A stretch of 63,508 nucleotides of DNA, counting the filler. It is 6 parts of 6 records of this genome, joined end to end, with 100 filler letters (N's around TTAATTAATTAA, not from the genome) between each part and the next. Parts side by side here need not be neighbours in the genome. Positions count along the whole stretch, not along the records: positions 29,039 to 34,482 come from SRR2962707_4395; positions 34,583 to 48,564 come from SRR2962707_4402; 4 more parts are not named here. One strand, written 5' to 3'. Positions 34,045 through 43,936 of this stretch are shown in pieces (position 1 is the stretch's first letter; every line of letters begins with the position of its first letter). The translations under genes and the position numbers were made by a program. The notes under the pieces were generated by a model, which was given only the letters and a program-made list of their open reading frames with translations, ran no database searches and was not told the DNA's origin.

Positions 34045-34482
34045 ATGACTGCCACCGCACACGCCGATGCACCCTCTATAGCGCCTTCTACCGCGCTTTC
34101 TACCTCACCGCGCCACGATTGGACCATGCAGGAAGCCCGTGCGTTGTTCGAACTGCCATTCAATGACCTGGTGTTCCGGGCTCAGAGCGTCCATCGTGAG
34201 CATTTCGACCCGAATGAAGTGCAGATCAGCACGCTCCTGTCCATCAAGACCGGTGCCTGCCCGGAGGACTGTAAATACTGTCCCCAGAGCGGTCATTACA
34301 ACACCGGCCTGGAAAAGGAAAAACTGCTGGAAATTGAAAAAGTGGTTGCTGAGGCCAAGGCCGCCAAGGCAAAGGGCGCGTCCCGTTTCTGTATGGGGGC
34401 GGCCTGGCGTAGCCCGTCGAAGAAAAACATGGAATATGTCGTGGATATGGTGCGCCAGGTGAAATCCCTGGGCCTGGAAACC
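34045..34482 (+). CDS. bioB: Biotin synthase, 3' truncated
   Basis: [19 protein letters not shown] radical SAM motif; RFCMGAAWR. Confidence 0.95.
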
Positions 34483-34582
34483 NNNNNNNNNNNNNNNNNN
34501 NNNNNNNNNNNNNNNNNNNNNNNNNNTTAATTAATTAANNNNNNNNNNNNNNNNNNNNNNNNNNNNNNNNNNNNNNNNNNNN
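34483..34582. other. Artificial contig spacer
   Basis: N44-TTAATTAATTAA-N44. Confidence 0.99.
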
Positions 34583-35096
34583 CGCCATTGTGCAGCAGGA
34601 GCCGATCCTGTTCCACAGGACCCTGGCCGACAACATCGCCTATGCACGTCCCGATGCAACGCGTGCTGAAGTGATGGAAGCGGCCAGGATGGCCAACGCC
34701 CATGACTTCATTGTCACGCTGCCGAAAGGCTACGAGACAATGGTTGGTGAGCGCGGGATCAAGCTTTCGGGCGGCGAGCGCCAGCGTGTCGCCATTGCGC
34801 GGGCGTTTCTGGCCAACAACCCGATCCTGATCCTGGACGAAGCGACATCGAGCCTGGATTCAGAGAGCGAGTTGCTGATCCAGCAGGCAATCGAGCGCCT
34901 GATGACCGGCCGCACCACGCTGGTCATCGCGCACCGGTTGTCGACGGTCCGAGCGCTTGATCGGATTCTGGTCTTTGACAAGGGCCGGATCGTCGAGGAA
35001 GGCGACCATATGGCGCTGATCCGCCGCGACGGCGGCATCTACCGGCGGCTGTTTGAAAAGCAGGCGCTGGAATTGACCAAGGGGCTGGTGGCGTAA
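34583..35096 (+). CDS. ABC exporter ATP-binding domain, 5' truncated
   Basis: [26 protein letters not shown]. Confidence 0.92.
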
Positions 35097-35106
35097 GCCA
35101 CCGGCC

Positions 35107-35796
35107 CTACAACCGGCTCAGAACCATCGCCTCAAAGATTGCGATCAGGTGCAGCGTGGCGCCGGTGACCACGAAGGCGTGCCAGAGCACATTCTGGAAG
35201 GCCAGTTTTTCCCACAGGTGGAAGATAATGCCCGCCGAATACGCTACGCCGCCCGCGACGATCAGCCAGAGGGCCGTCGCGGGCAGCGCGGCGGCCAGGG
35301 CCTGGAAGGCAATGATGCCGCTCCAGCCGATGGCGAGGTAGAACGGAATGGCCAGCCGGCCGAAATGCTGGGGGACGAAGAGCTTCAGCGCGATGCCGAT
35401 CAGAGCCGTGGCCCAGACGAAAATCAACAGCCGATCGGCGATCGGAACATCGCCCAGAGCGATCAGCAGCGGGGTGTAACTCCCTGCGATGAAAAGGAAT
35501 ATGGCGGCCTGATCTATTCGTGCGAGCCAGGTCTTGATCGGGCCCAATGGACAGAGATTGAAGGCCATGGAAGCGCTGAGCAGGGCGACAAAAGAACCGA
35601 CATAGATCGCCACGGCGGCGATCTCGGCGCCCGTCGCATGAACCACCGCCAGGGTAATCAAAACTGTGCCGGCAATGATGGCAACCAGCAGGCCCACGCC
35701 GTGGATAATGCCATCGGCAATCAGTTCGGCGAGCGTGAAGGCCCGCCTGTGTCTCAGGACGTACGCCCTGGCGTTGCGGCGCAGATTTGTGCGCAT
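35107..35796 (-). CDS. Hemolysin III / PAQR-family membrane protein
   Basis: ELIADGIIHG, RIDQAAIFLFIAGSYTP, LWHAFV; AGGAGG ribosome-binding site. Confidence 0.88.
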   Translation of the reverse strand: MRTNLRRNARAYVLRHRRAFTLAELIADGIIHGVGLLVAIIAGTVLITLAVVHATGAEIAAVAIYVGSFVALLSASMAFNLCPLGPIKTWLARIDQAAIFLFIAGSYTPLLIALGDVPIADRLLIFVWATALIGIALKLFVPQHFGRLAIPFYLAIGWSGIIAFQALAAALPATALWLIVAGGVAYSAGIIFHLWEKLAFQNVLWHAFVVTGATLHLIAIFEAMVLSRL

Positions 35797-35929
35797 GCCT
35801 GCCACCTCCTGGTGCATTCCATTCCAGCCTAACACAGCAATCATAACGCTGGGTAAGGCAGAATGGTGAACCAGGCGCTGAAATTCTATCTAAACGGAAG
35901 GTGAGTGCGCTTGTGTCGCAGGCTGTGTT

Positions 35930-36967
35930 TCAGTGGATGCCGAGGGGTCGAGTCGTTTCGCCCTCGTCCGATACAGGATCTGCGGTTTGTGGCAAGGCTG
36001 CAAAGCTCACACAGTTGCCGCCAGCCTTTTTTGACTCGTAGAGGGCGATATCGGCCTGAGCGAACCACTGTGTCGGCGAGCCGAGCCTGGGATCGAACGG
36101 GGCAATCCCAAAGCTGGCAGTGACCGAGATGACCTTGCCGGAATACCTGAAGCGCAATCCGCCGATTTCCTCGCGCAGACGCTCGGCACACTGGCTGGCT
36201 TCATAGGCCATGGTCTCGGGCAACAGCATACCGAATTCTTCTCCGCCCAACCGGCCAAGGCTGTCTGTGGTTCGCAGACATTCCGCTGCGCGGTTGGCGA
36301 CCGATTTGAGAACCTCGTCGGCAATTTCGGCACCGAACGCCGAATTTACCCGATGAAATCCGTCGATATCGACAAAAATCAAGGTCGCTGGCCGGTCGTA
36401 GCGCTGTGCCCGTGCGTATTCGCGATCGACCTCGCTCCGGAACGTCTTGCGGGTCAGGGCGCCGGTGAGATAATCGACCTCGTCGGGTTGGCGCGACACC
36501 AGTTCGGACATCACCAATTGGGCCAGATGGTCGGCCATCGCGATCTCGCGCTCGCCAAATCGGCGGGGGCTGCCATCCATCATCAACAGGGTGCCGATGA
36601 CATAGCCATCGGCCGTTTGCAGCGGCACGCCGAGGCAGGCGCCGACAGGGACTCCACCGGGGCTGCACTCGAGATTGGCGCAGCGCGGATCGGCTGCGAC
36701 GTCCTCGATTACCACGGCCTGCCCCATGTCCACGCTCAATGCCGCAATGGACCGGCTTCGCTCAATCCGCCGGTAGTTTGCACCGCAAGCGGCGAGAACG
36801 ATCTCGGCGCTCCGGTCGACGATGGAAATCGCCACCATCGGCGCTATGCTGATGCGGGCGAGTTCCAGAATGTGGTCGAGGGATTCGATCGGAGCGACCA
36901 AAGCGGTAGTCATCCGGTTGAGCGCCGCAAGCCGCCCTTCCTCACCCGTCGATATGTCCATAACCAT
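35930..36967 (-). CDS. GAF-GGDEF diguanylate cyclase
   Basis: DYLTGA, DIDGFHRVN, RTTD I-site, RLGGEEF; N-terminal GAF-like segment. Confidence 0.88.
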   Translation of the reverse strand: MVMDISTGEEGRLAALNRMTTALVAPIESLDHILELARISIAPMVAISIVDRSAEIVLAACGANYRRIERSRSIAALSVDMGQAVVIEDVAADPRCANLECSPGGVPVGACLGVPLQTADGYVIGTLLMMDGSPRRFGEREIAMADHLAQLVMSELVSRQPDEVDYLTGALTRKTFRSEVDREYARAQRYDRPATLIFVDIDGFHRVNSAFGAEIADEVLKSVANRAAECLRTTDSLGRLGGEEFGMLLPETMAYEASQCAERLREEIGGLRFRYSGKVISVTASFGIAPFDPRLGSPTQWFAQADIALYESKKAGGNCVSFAALPQTADPVSDEGETTRPLGIH

Positions 36968-37075
36968 GGGACGGTCCTCTTGCCCTCCGGGTCAATGGGA
37001 GAGATTACCCTGAATCCGGCGTTCTATGGGGTTTCACTGGGTTGTATGGTTACCCAGTCCTCACTTTGGAAGGAC

Positions 37076-38299
37076 CTAGCGCAATGCGGAAAGCAGACCG
37101 CTAGAGGCGTGACCGTCGGCCAGGAGGCCCGCTGCGCGCTGGAATGCGATGATCCCCTGACGCGTTTTGGGACCGATAACCCCATCGGGTGTGCCGACAT
37201 TGTATCCCCGCCGATTGAGGAGGCTTTGCAACTCCTCGCGCTGTGACCGGGTCAGTCCGGTCTCGTTGGCGGGAAAGGAACGGACAAAGGGGCCGACGCC
37301 AAGAATACGGTCGGCCAGGTGGCCGACGGCCAGCGCGTAATTGTTGGAATTGTTGTAGCGCTTTATGACGTCGAAATTGGCAAGCATCAGGAAAACCGGG
37401 CCGCCGCCGCCAGCCGGCATGAAGATGCGCCCCATATCGCCGGCCCGCGGGAACGTTCGCCCGCCTGTGCGCCGAACGCCCATGCTTTCCCACTGGCCGA
37501 GGGTCTGGCGCCCGATATCCCAGGCGCGGCCATAGTCGAAATCGGACGGCAGTTGGACTTCGTAGCCCCAGGTCTCGCCGTTTCGCCAGCCATGCGATTT
37601 GAGATAGTTGGCCGCCGAGCCCAATGCGTCGGGCACAGAGTTCCAGATGTCCCGTCGGCCATTACCATTGTAATCGACCGCGTAGGCGACAAAGCTCGAG
37701 GGCATGAACTGGGTATGCCCCATCGCCCCCGCCCAGGACCCCACCATCTGTGGCGCGGCCACGTGCCCGGCCTGCAGGATCTGTAGTGCGGTCAGCAACT
37801 CGTTCTTGAAAAAGTCGCGCCGGTAATTGCCGTAGGTCAATGTCGCCAGCGCATGGATGACGTTGTTACCGCCCATGTAGGAGCCGTAATTGGTTTCCAT
37901 GCCCCAGATGGCGAGGATGATCTCGGACTGGACCCCATAGCGCTGCTGCGCCCCACCCAACGTCTGGGCCCACTCGCCACGCATGCGCTGGCCGTTGGAG
38001 ACCCGTGTGGACGATACGGCATCGGCAACATACTGGCCGGTTGTCTTGACCGTTTCGGGCTGGCTGCGCGTGAGGCTCATAATGCGGTCTGACGGCGCAA
38101 AGCCCGCGAACGCCTGCTCGAAAATGGCGCGGGACACGCCCCGGGAGGACGCTTCGGGCCAGACCGAGGACACGAAATCCTGCACATTGGCGAATGCGGG
38201 GCGCGGGAGAACAAGGGCCGCGCCTGCGGCCAGTCCAAGCGCCATCGCTCGGCGCCGCGAAAGAACGGGAAAATCGACGGTAGGGGCGGTACTACGCAT
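37076..38299 (-). CDS. Lytic murein transglycosylase (MltB/SLT_2) with peptidoglycan-binding domain
   Basis: Tat-like SRRRAMALGL, AIWGMETNYG, GSWAGAMGHTQFMPSS, DGVIGPKTR. Confidence 0.92.
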   Translation of the reverse strand: MRSTAPTVDFPVLSRRRAMALGLAAGAALVLPRPAFANVQDFVSSVWPEASSRGVSRAIFEQAFAGFAPSDRIMSLTRSQPETVKTTGQYVADAVSSTRVSNGQRMRGEWAQTLGGAQQRYGVQSEIILAIWGMETNYGSYMGGNNVIHALATLTYGNYRRDFFKNELLTALQILQAGHVAAPQMVGSWAGAMGHTQFMPSSFVAYAVDYNGNGRRDIWNSVPDALGSAANYLKSHGWRNGETWGYEVQLPSDFDYGRAWDIGRQTLGQWESMGVRRTGGRTFPRAGDMGRIFMPAGGGGPVFLMLANFDVIKRYNNSNNYALAVGHLADRILGVGPFVRSFPANETGLTRSQREELQSLLNRRGYNVGTPDGVIGPKTRQGIIAFQRAAGLLADGHASSGLLSALR

Positions 38300-38438
38300 G
38301 GAGGGACCTTTTCCGCTTCCAATCGCAAGCCATCCTGCCACGCCTTTATGGCGATACGCTGTCCGCCCCCAACGGGACAGCGAGAGGAAGCCTGCACTAC
38401 TGAATCAAACTCAACGGCTTGAATCTGCCAGAAGTGGC

Positions 38439-38453
38439 TTAAGACCGTGTTAA
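38439..38453. promoter_or_regulatory. CtrA-type box
   Basis: TTAA-N7-TTAA upstream of the lytic transglycosylase in an alphaproteobacterial contig. Confidence 0.55.
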
Positions 38454-38502
38454 GCACGTTGGCTCACCGGGCCCGGGCGCTTAAACTCATCTTCACTCTC
38501 TC

Positions 38503-39318
38503 GTGAGCGCGCCGATGCCTGACTTTCTATCCCGCACCGATCTCGTCGCCGATTTGTCCGAAATCGGGGTTCTCGCCGACGATATCGTTATGGTCCACGC
38601 CGCCATGAGCACCGTGGGCGCGCTTATCAATGGCCCCGATACATTGATCGAAGCACTCCAGCAGGCCGTTGGCCCCAAGGGCACTCTCATGGCCTATACC
38701 GATTGGGATGCACGATACGAGGCGTTGCTCGATGACACGGGCCGGGTGCCCGGCGCGTGGCGGGACAGGATCGCCGGGTTCGATCCGTTGCGCTCACGTG
38801 CCGTTCGGGACCATGGGGTCTTCCCCGAATTTCTCAGGACCTCGCCCGGCGCTCTGCGCAGCGCCAATCCAGGGGCTTCGATGACGGCCATCGGGGCGCG
38901 GGCCGAATGGCTGGTCGCCGATCACCCGCTCGATTATGGCTACGGACCCGCTTCTCCCCTGGCAAAACTGGTTGAGGGCGGCGGCAAGGTGCTGATGGTC
39001 GGAGCGCCGCGCGATACGATGACCCTGATCCACCATGCCGAGCATGTCGCCGACATTCCCAACAAGCGGATCAAGCGCTGGGAGGTGCCTTTTGCCGGTC
39101 CCGAGGGGGGGGAATGGCGGATGAGCGAGGAGTTCGACACTTCGGATGCAGTCGCGCCGCAACTTGACGGCATCGATTATTTTACCGCCATCGTGACCTC
39201 CTACCTCGAAGCCAGTCGCGGGCGGCGAGGCAAAATCGGTTCAGCGGAAAGCTTGCTGGTCGATGCAAAAGGAATGCTCGAGCACGCTGTTGCTTGGCTC
39301 GAGCGAAATGGCCAATAG
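38503..39318 (+). CDS. aac(3): Aminoglycoside 3-N-acetyltransferase
   Basis: VMVHAAMS, GTLMAY, HPLDYGYGPASPLAKLVE, TMTLIHHAEH. Confidence 0.88.
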   Translation: MSAPMPDFLSRTDLVADLSEIGVLADDIVMVHAAMSTVGALINGPDTLIEALQQAVGPKGTLMAYTDWDARYEALLDDTGRVPGAWRDRIAGFDPLRSRAVRDHGVFPEFLRTSPGALRSANPGASMTAIGARAEWLVADHPLDYGYGPASPLAKLVEGGGKVLMVGAPRDTMTLIHHAEHVADIPNKRIKRWEVPFAGPEGGEWRMSEEFDTSDAVAPQLDGIDYFTAIVTSYLEASRGRRGKIGSAESLLVDAKGMLEHAVAWLERNGQ

Positions 39319-39349
39319 CAGCGAAGCCCAGGTGACGAACACCGGGCCA

Positions 39350-39404
39350 TTGACTCCGGCGCTAATTTTTATATAACTAAATAGCTATCAATCTATTTGG
39401 TTAT
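39350..39404 (+). promoter_or_regulatory. Promoter and ArsR-type operator
   Basis: TTGACT 39350-39355; near-perfect inverted repeat ATAACTAAATAG (39373-39384) / CTATTTGGTTAT (39393-39404) just before the ATG. Confidence 0.65.
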
Positions 39405-39407
39405 GAA

Positions 39408-39755
39408 ATGACGGAATCCGAACGCCTCGACGCCACATTCATCGCTCTGGCCGATCCCACGCGCCGTGCCATTCTGGCACGTCTGATCGAGGGCGAGGCG
39501 ACGGTGATGGAGTTGGCGGCGCCTTTCGATATGAGCCAGCCGGCCATTTCCAAGCACATCAAGATGCTGGAGCGGGCCGGGCTGGTGTCGCGCAGCCGCG
39601 ATGCGCAGAAGCGCCCGGTCAAGATCGAAGGCATTGCGCTCAAGGAAGCCACCGACTGGCTGGAGAACTATCGTCAGATCTGGGAAGCAAATTTTTCCAG
39701 GCTCGACACGCTGCTGGACGAGTTGAAGGCGCGCCGCAAAAAGGAACAGAACTGA
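39408..39755 (+). CDS. ArsR-family regulator
   Basis: FIALADPTRRAIL, MSQPAISKHIKMLERAGLV. Confidence 0.92.
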   Translation: MTESERLDATFIALADPTRRAILARLIEGEATVMELAAPFDMSQPAISKHIKMLERAGLVSRSRDAQKRPVKIEGIALKEATDWLENYRQIWEANFSRLDTLLDELKARRKKEQN

Positions 39756-40246
39756 TGAGCTTTTCCACCACCCTTACCGTTGCAACACCAAGCGATCTCG
39801 AAGTGACCATCGAGCGCATGTTCGATGCACCTGCCGACCTGGTTTTCGATTGCTATACAAAGCCCGACCTTGTCCGGCGTTGGATGACAGGCATGGACGG
39901 GTGGTGGGTTTCGACGTGTGACATCGATCCGCGGCCCGGCGGGACGTATCGCTATGTCTGGTCAGGCCCGGACGGCGAGAGCATGGGGCTGAACGGGGTT
40001 TTTCACGAGGTCGAACGCCCGGCCCGTCTGGTGACGACCGAGTCGTTTGACGACGATTTCGGCATGGGAAAAATGCTGATCGAGAGCGAGTTTCACGCCG
40101 AAGGCGACCGTACGCGGCTCAAACAGACGATCACCTACGAATCCAAAGGCCAACGCGACGCATCGCTGGCAACCGGCATGACCGACGGCATGGGCATAAG
40201 CTTTGCCTCGCTCGATGCTGTTCTTGCCGAGTTGACCGGCAAATAA
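39755..40246 (+). CDS. SRPBCC/AHSA1-domain protein
   Basis: IERMFDAPADLVF, DPRPGGTYRYVW; coupled to arsR by a TGATG overlap. Confidence 0.88.
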   Translation: MSFSTTLTVATPSDLEVTIERMFDAPADLVFDCYTKPDLVRRWMTGMDGWWVSTCDIDPRPGGTYRYVWSGPDGESMGLNGVFHEVERPARLVTTESFDDDFGMGKMLIESEFHAEGDRTRLKQTITYESKGQRDASLATGMTDGMGISFASLDAVLAELTGK

Positions 40247-40266
40247 CAAGAGCTGTGAGATTGGGT

Positions 40267-41706
40267 TCAGCGCCGCCAGAAGGCGGGGCTGAACAGTACG
40301 AGAATCGCAAGGATTTCAAGGCGTCCCGCCAGCATGGCAAAGATCAGCGCCCATTTGGCCAGCGGCTCAAGTGACGAGAAATTGCCCGCCGGGCCGATGA
40401 TGTCGCCAAGGCCGGGACCGACGTTTGTGAGCGCAGTCAGCGCGCCGGTAAAGGCCGTCAGCACATCGAGACCGGTGAAGCCGAGAACCAGCGTGACGCC
40501 CAACAGCAGCACCAGGAAGGCCCCGATGAAATGGTGCACGGACTTGATGGCCTGCCAGGGCACTTCGCGGCCTTCGTAGCGCACGACGAATATGCCGTGA
40601 GGATAGATCAGTTCCTTGAGCCCGTTGCGCAGCGACTGGTAAATTATGATCAGCCTGTAGGTCTTTATACCCCCGCTCGTTGAACCGGCCGCCCCGCCCA
40701 GGAAGGTTGCGAGCAGGAAAACGACGCTCACGAACGGTCCCCAAAGGGTGTAGTCGGTCGAGGCGAATCCAGTGGTTGTCACCACGGAAACGATATTGAA
40801 CGCCGAGTGGACCGCCAGTTCGCCGGGGTCCGTCGTCATATGCACAAGCCCCGACAAAAACACCGCGAAGCTCAGAACCGCCAAAATCGAGAGCAACACC
40901 GGCACCTGCGCCTCAAACGCCGCAGAAATCCGCCCGGTCGTAACCGCCCGCAGGATCGCGATGAAGGGCAGCGCGCCGGCAATCATGAAAACGATGCCGA
41001 CGATAAGGACCGGCGGCCCGAAATGGCCCATGGAGGCATCGTGGGTGGAATAGCCGCCGGTGGAAACCGTGGTCATCGCGTGGTTGATGGCATCGAAGCT
41101 GGACATGCCGGCGAACCAGTAAGCCATAGCGCAGGCGATCGAGAGGGCGAGGTAGAGCCCCACCATGGCCCATGAGAACTTGGTGAACCGGGCGAACGGC
41201 GAATCGGCCTGAGCTGAGGATTCGAGCTTGTAGATCTGCATGCCTCCGACCCGAAGGAACGGAAGAAGCAGCAGCCCCATTGCGATGATCCCCAGCCCGC
41301 CGAACCATTGGGTCATCGACCGCCACAGCAGCAGCCCCGGAGGCATATCGTCCAGCCCTGAGAGAATTGTCGATCCTGTGGTGGTGATACCCGAGGTCGC
41401 TTCGAACACGGCATCGGTAAAGCCGATGGAAAGGCCCGAGAGGAACAGCGGCAGGGCGGCGACGATCGAGGTGGCTGCCCAGATCATGTTGACGAGCAGA
41501 AAGCCGAATTTAAGGCTGAATGGCGGCATTTCGCGCCGGGTGGCAAGCACCATGAAGCCCGAGGGCACGCCAGCCGCGAGGGCGGAGAAGAGAAAAGCCT
41601 GCCAGTCGGGATTGCCCACGGAGAGATCGACAAGCATCGGGACGAGCATCATGCCCGCAAGCACGAGCGTGAAAAACGCGGTGACGTAAGCAGTTGCACC
41701 AAGCAT
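40267..41706 (-). CDS. trkH: Trk potassium uptake membrane protein
   Basis: FEATSGITTTG, VSTGGYST, TTTGFAS, GSTSGGIK, NVGPGLG, GRLEI. Confidence 0.93.
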   Translation of the reverse strand: MLGATAYVTAFFTLVLAGMMLVPMLVDLSVGNPDWQAFLFSALAAGVPSGFMVLATRREMPPFSLKFGFLLVNMIWAATSIVAALPLFLSGLSIGFTDAVFEATSGITTTGSTILSGLDDMPPGLLLWRSMTQWFGGLGIIAMGLLLLPFLRVGGMQIYKLESSAQADSPFARFTKFSWAMVGLYLALSIACAMAYWFAGMSSFDAINHAMTTVSTGGYSTHDASMGHFGPPVLIVGIVFMIAGALPFIAILRAVTTGRISAAFEAQVPVLLSILAVLSFAVFLSGLVHMTTDPGELAVHSAFNIVSVVTTTGFASTDYTLWGPFVSVVFLLATFLGGAAGSTSGGIKTYRLIIIYQSLRNGLKELIYPHGIFVVRYEGREVPWQAIKSVHHFIGAFLVLLLGVTLVLGFTGLDVLTAFTGALTALTNVGPGLGDIIGPAGNFSSLEPLAKWALIFAMLAGRLEILAILVLFSPAFWRR

Positions 41707-41824
41707 GTCCCGGCCCCTCCAGCGTGGCGCGGGACCGTTTACGCCCATGGGCGCCATAAATCAACGCCATGAAAAAGGCGCGTGCCCCGGCGGGGCCGCG
41801 CCCTAAATTGGAAAGCTGGTCAAA

Positions 41825-42229
41825 TCACCAGCCGAAGACGAAGCCGAGCCCGGTCTGGCCGCCCGACTGGTTGACATGGGCATTGGTGCCCTCTCCGAAC
41901 TGGAACAGGCCGTAATTGTTGTTGCCGCCCTGCTGGTTGAGGGTGCCGTTGTGATTGTTGCCTTCCTGATGGACGATGCCGAGATTGCCGCCGCCGCCCT
42001 GGGTGAGCCCGGCCATGTTGTTGATGCCGTTCTGGGTGATCGAACCGTTCTGGATGCCGTTATAGAGGGCATAGAAGCCGAGACCGGCCTGCATCATCTG
42101 CTGCTGTTCGGCGTTGGCTGGGTTGAGATTGATCGAGACCTGACCGGCGTTGGCCGGGGCGGCAAATGCGGCCAGTGCGATGACGAGTGCGAGGCCGGTG
42201 GCCTTTGCGGTGTTGGTGTTGCGTCCCAT
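41825..42229 (-). CDS. Short curlin-like subunit (CsgA/CsgB family)
   Basis: Signal peptide ending APANA; about six 11-aa N/H-x5-Q-x-G repeats; ends FVFGW. Confidence 0.8.
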   Translation of the reverse strand: MGRNTNTAKATGLALVIALAAFAAPANAGQVSINLNPANAEQQQMMQAGLGFYALYNGIQNGSITQNGINNMAGLTQGGGGNLGIVHQEGNNHNGTLNQQGGNNNYGLFQFGEGTNAHVNQSGGQTGLGFVFGW

Positions 42230-42298
42230 GGTCCTGCTCCTTTGGGGTTGTTGCGGCGGTGTTGCGCCTCCATGACCACGACTATGAAACAGCCCGGC

Positions 42299-42335
42299 TG
42301 AACCGACCTCGAAGGGCGCGTTTATCTGGCGTTAA
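42299..42335. promoter_or_regulatory. Four-box motif upstream of curlin 2
   Basis: TGAAC-N6-CGAAG-N5-GTTTA-N6-GTTAA; same spacing as 44942-44978. Confidence 0.55.
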
Positions 42336-42483
42336 GGTTGGCGGCCTGCGCGAAAACCCCGTCATATTGGAACCTGCGCCGCGCGTTGCTTGTTGTTCGA
42401 TATGAGGGGCCGCGCCATGCCGGGACGCTCCTGCCATTTTCATTTTCCCATTCGCTCCCAAAAGGGAGCCAAAAGGACTTGCC

Positions 42484-43671
42484 ATGGACGACACCGAAAC
42501 CACCGCCCGCTCCACAAACCCGCTGGTGATCGCGCTTGGCGCTGCTGCAGTGCTTGGCTGGGTCGCCTTTCTGATCTTGTGGTTCACTTCAGCCTCCAGC
42601 ACAGGTGGCCTGCGCAACGAGATCAATGCGCTGACGTCCGACCGCGACCAGTTGGCTGCCGATGTGCGCACCATGGAAGAGTCGGGAACCACGCTCGAAG
42701 AACTCGAAGCCGAAATCGCCACGCTGACTGAAGAGCGCAACAGTCTGACAGAGGAGCGCGAAAGCATCGTTGCCGAGCGCGACGCGGCGCAAGCAGACCT
42801 TGAAGGGGCCAATGCCGAGCTTCAGACGGTTGCCGACTCTCTGGCCGAGCGCGAGGCCCGGATAGAAGAGTTGCAGACCAATCTGGCCGAAGCCGAAAGC
42901 TCGTTCTCCGAGGTGCAGGACCGGATTGCCCAAAGCACTGCAGAACTGGCCGATGTGGGCAGCCGGCTGCAGACGGCGCGCAGCGAAGAGGCCGAACTTC
43001 GGGACACTGCGGCCCAGCTGACCCAGGAGGCCGCCGCGGCCACGCGCACTTCGGCCGAAATGGAAAGCGAAGTTCAGGCGGCGCGTGAAGCGCAGGCAGC
43101 GGCCCAAAGCCAGCTCGCCGAATTGCGGGCCAGTCAGGCACAGTTCGAAGAGCAGCGGGAAAGCCTTGAGACCGTCGTAGCCGAGCTCGAGGGCCAGCAG
43201 ACCGAACTGGAAAGCCAGATTACCGATGCCCAGACCCAGCGCGACGAGGTGCAGGCTCAACTTGAAACGCTGACGGCTACGCTGTCGGAGCGCACGGACC
43301 AGCTTGAAGCGATTGAAACCGAGGTTGCAACGCTGCAGGAGGTCGGCGACGCGGCTGCGGCGGCCAATATCGGTGGCATTGTGCCGGGCCGGTTCGTGGC
43401 ACAGGGCACCGGCCCCAACAGCCTGACGTTCCTGTTCGGCAATGACGGCTCGTTTGCCGCCTGGCAGGGCGTGGTTCTCGATGCTGAATCGGCCGAGCCC
43501 GCAATAAGCGGCACATATGCAGCGGGCGAAGGATCGCTGACCATCGAGGAAATCGACGGCGGCGGATCGGTGCCCACACCGTTCGAGTGCGAAATCGAGG
43601 CCGGAGACAGTGGATTGGCTGTCGGAGGAGATTGCGTGCTCTCGGGCCTTACGCTGCGGCAGGTCCGCTAG
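42484..43671 (+). CDS. Membrane-anchored acidic coiled-coil protein with C-terminal beta domain
   Basis: TM segment LVIALGAAAVLGWVAFLILWF; about 245 aa of E/A/Q/L heptads; C-terminal Cys pair; AAGGA ribosome-binding site. Confidence 0.8.
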   Translation: MDDTETTARSTNPLVIALGAAAVLGWVAFLILWFTSASSTGGLRNEINALTSDRDQLAADVRTMEESGTTLEELEAEIATLTEERNSLTEERESIVAERDAAQADLEGANAELQTVADSLAEREARIEELQTNLAEAESSFSEVQDRIAQSTAELADVGSRLQTARSEEAELRDTAAQLTQEAAAATRTSAEMESEVQAAREAQAAAQSQLAELRASQAQFEEQRESLETVVAELEGQQTELESQITDAQTQRDEVQAQLETLTATLSERTDQLEAIETEVATLQEVGDAAAAANIGGIVPGRFVAQGTGPNSLTFLFGNDGSFAAWQGVVLDAESAEPAISGTYAAGEGSLTIEEIDGGGSVPTPFECEIEAGDSGLAVGGDCVLSGLTLRQVR

Positions 43672-43725
43672 GCTGAATCGATATTACAGGGCGCAAGAGG
43701 ACCACAAAGCCAGCCTTTCCACCGG

Positions 43726-43826
43726 CGTCATCCCGGGCGACGACCCGGGACACGGTAAGCGGCAGAGCTGGCGATTTCGTCTCATGCACTGCGTGTACTG
43801 GACCCCGGCCCGGCGGCCGGGGTGAC
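43726..43826. repeat. REP/REPIN-like palindromic element (CGTC-tagged type)
   Basis: CGTCA-TCCCGGG-cgacga-CCCGGGA ... ACCCCGGCC-cggc-GGCCGGGGT-GAC: two hairpins with inverted GTCA/TGAC ends, between convergent genes. Confidence 0.7.
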
Positions 43827-43936
43827 AGGATGGTGGATTGGGAAAGAATGGAGCCTCCACGCAAGGCCATACCGAAAGAAAAAAGAGGCTCCGCCAGCGG
43901 AGCCCCTATTTTGTAACGCGGCGTCTCAATGCGCCG

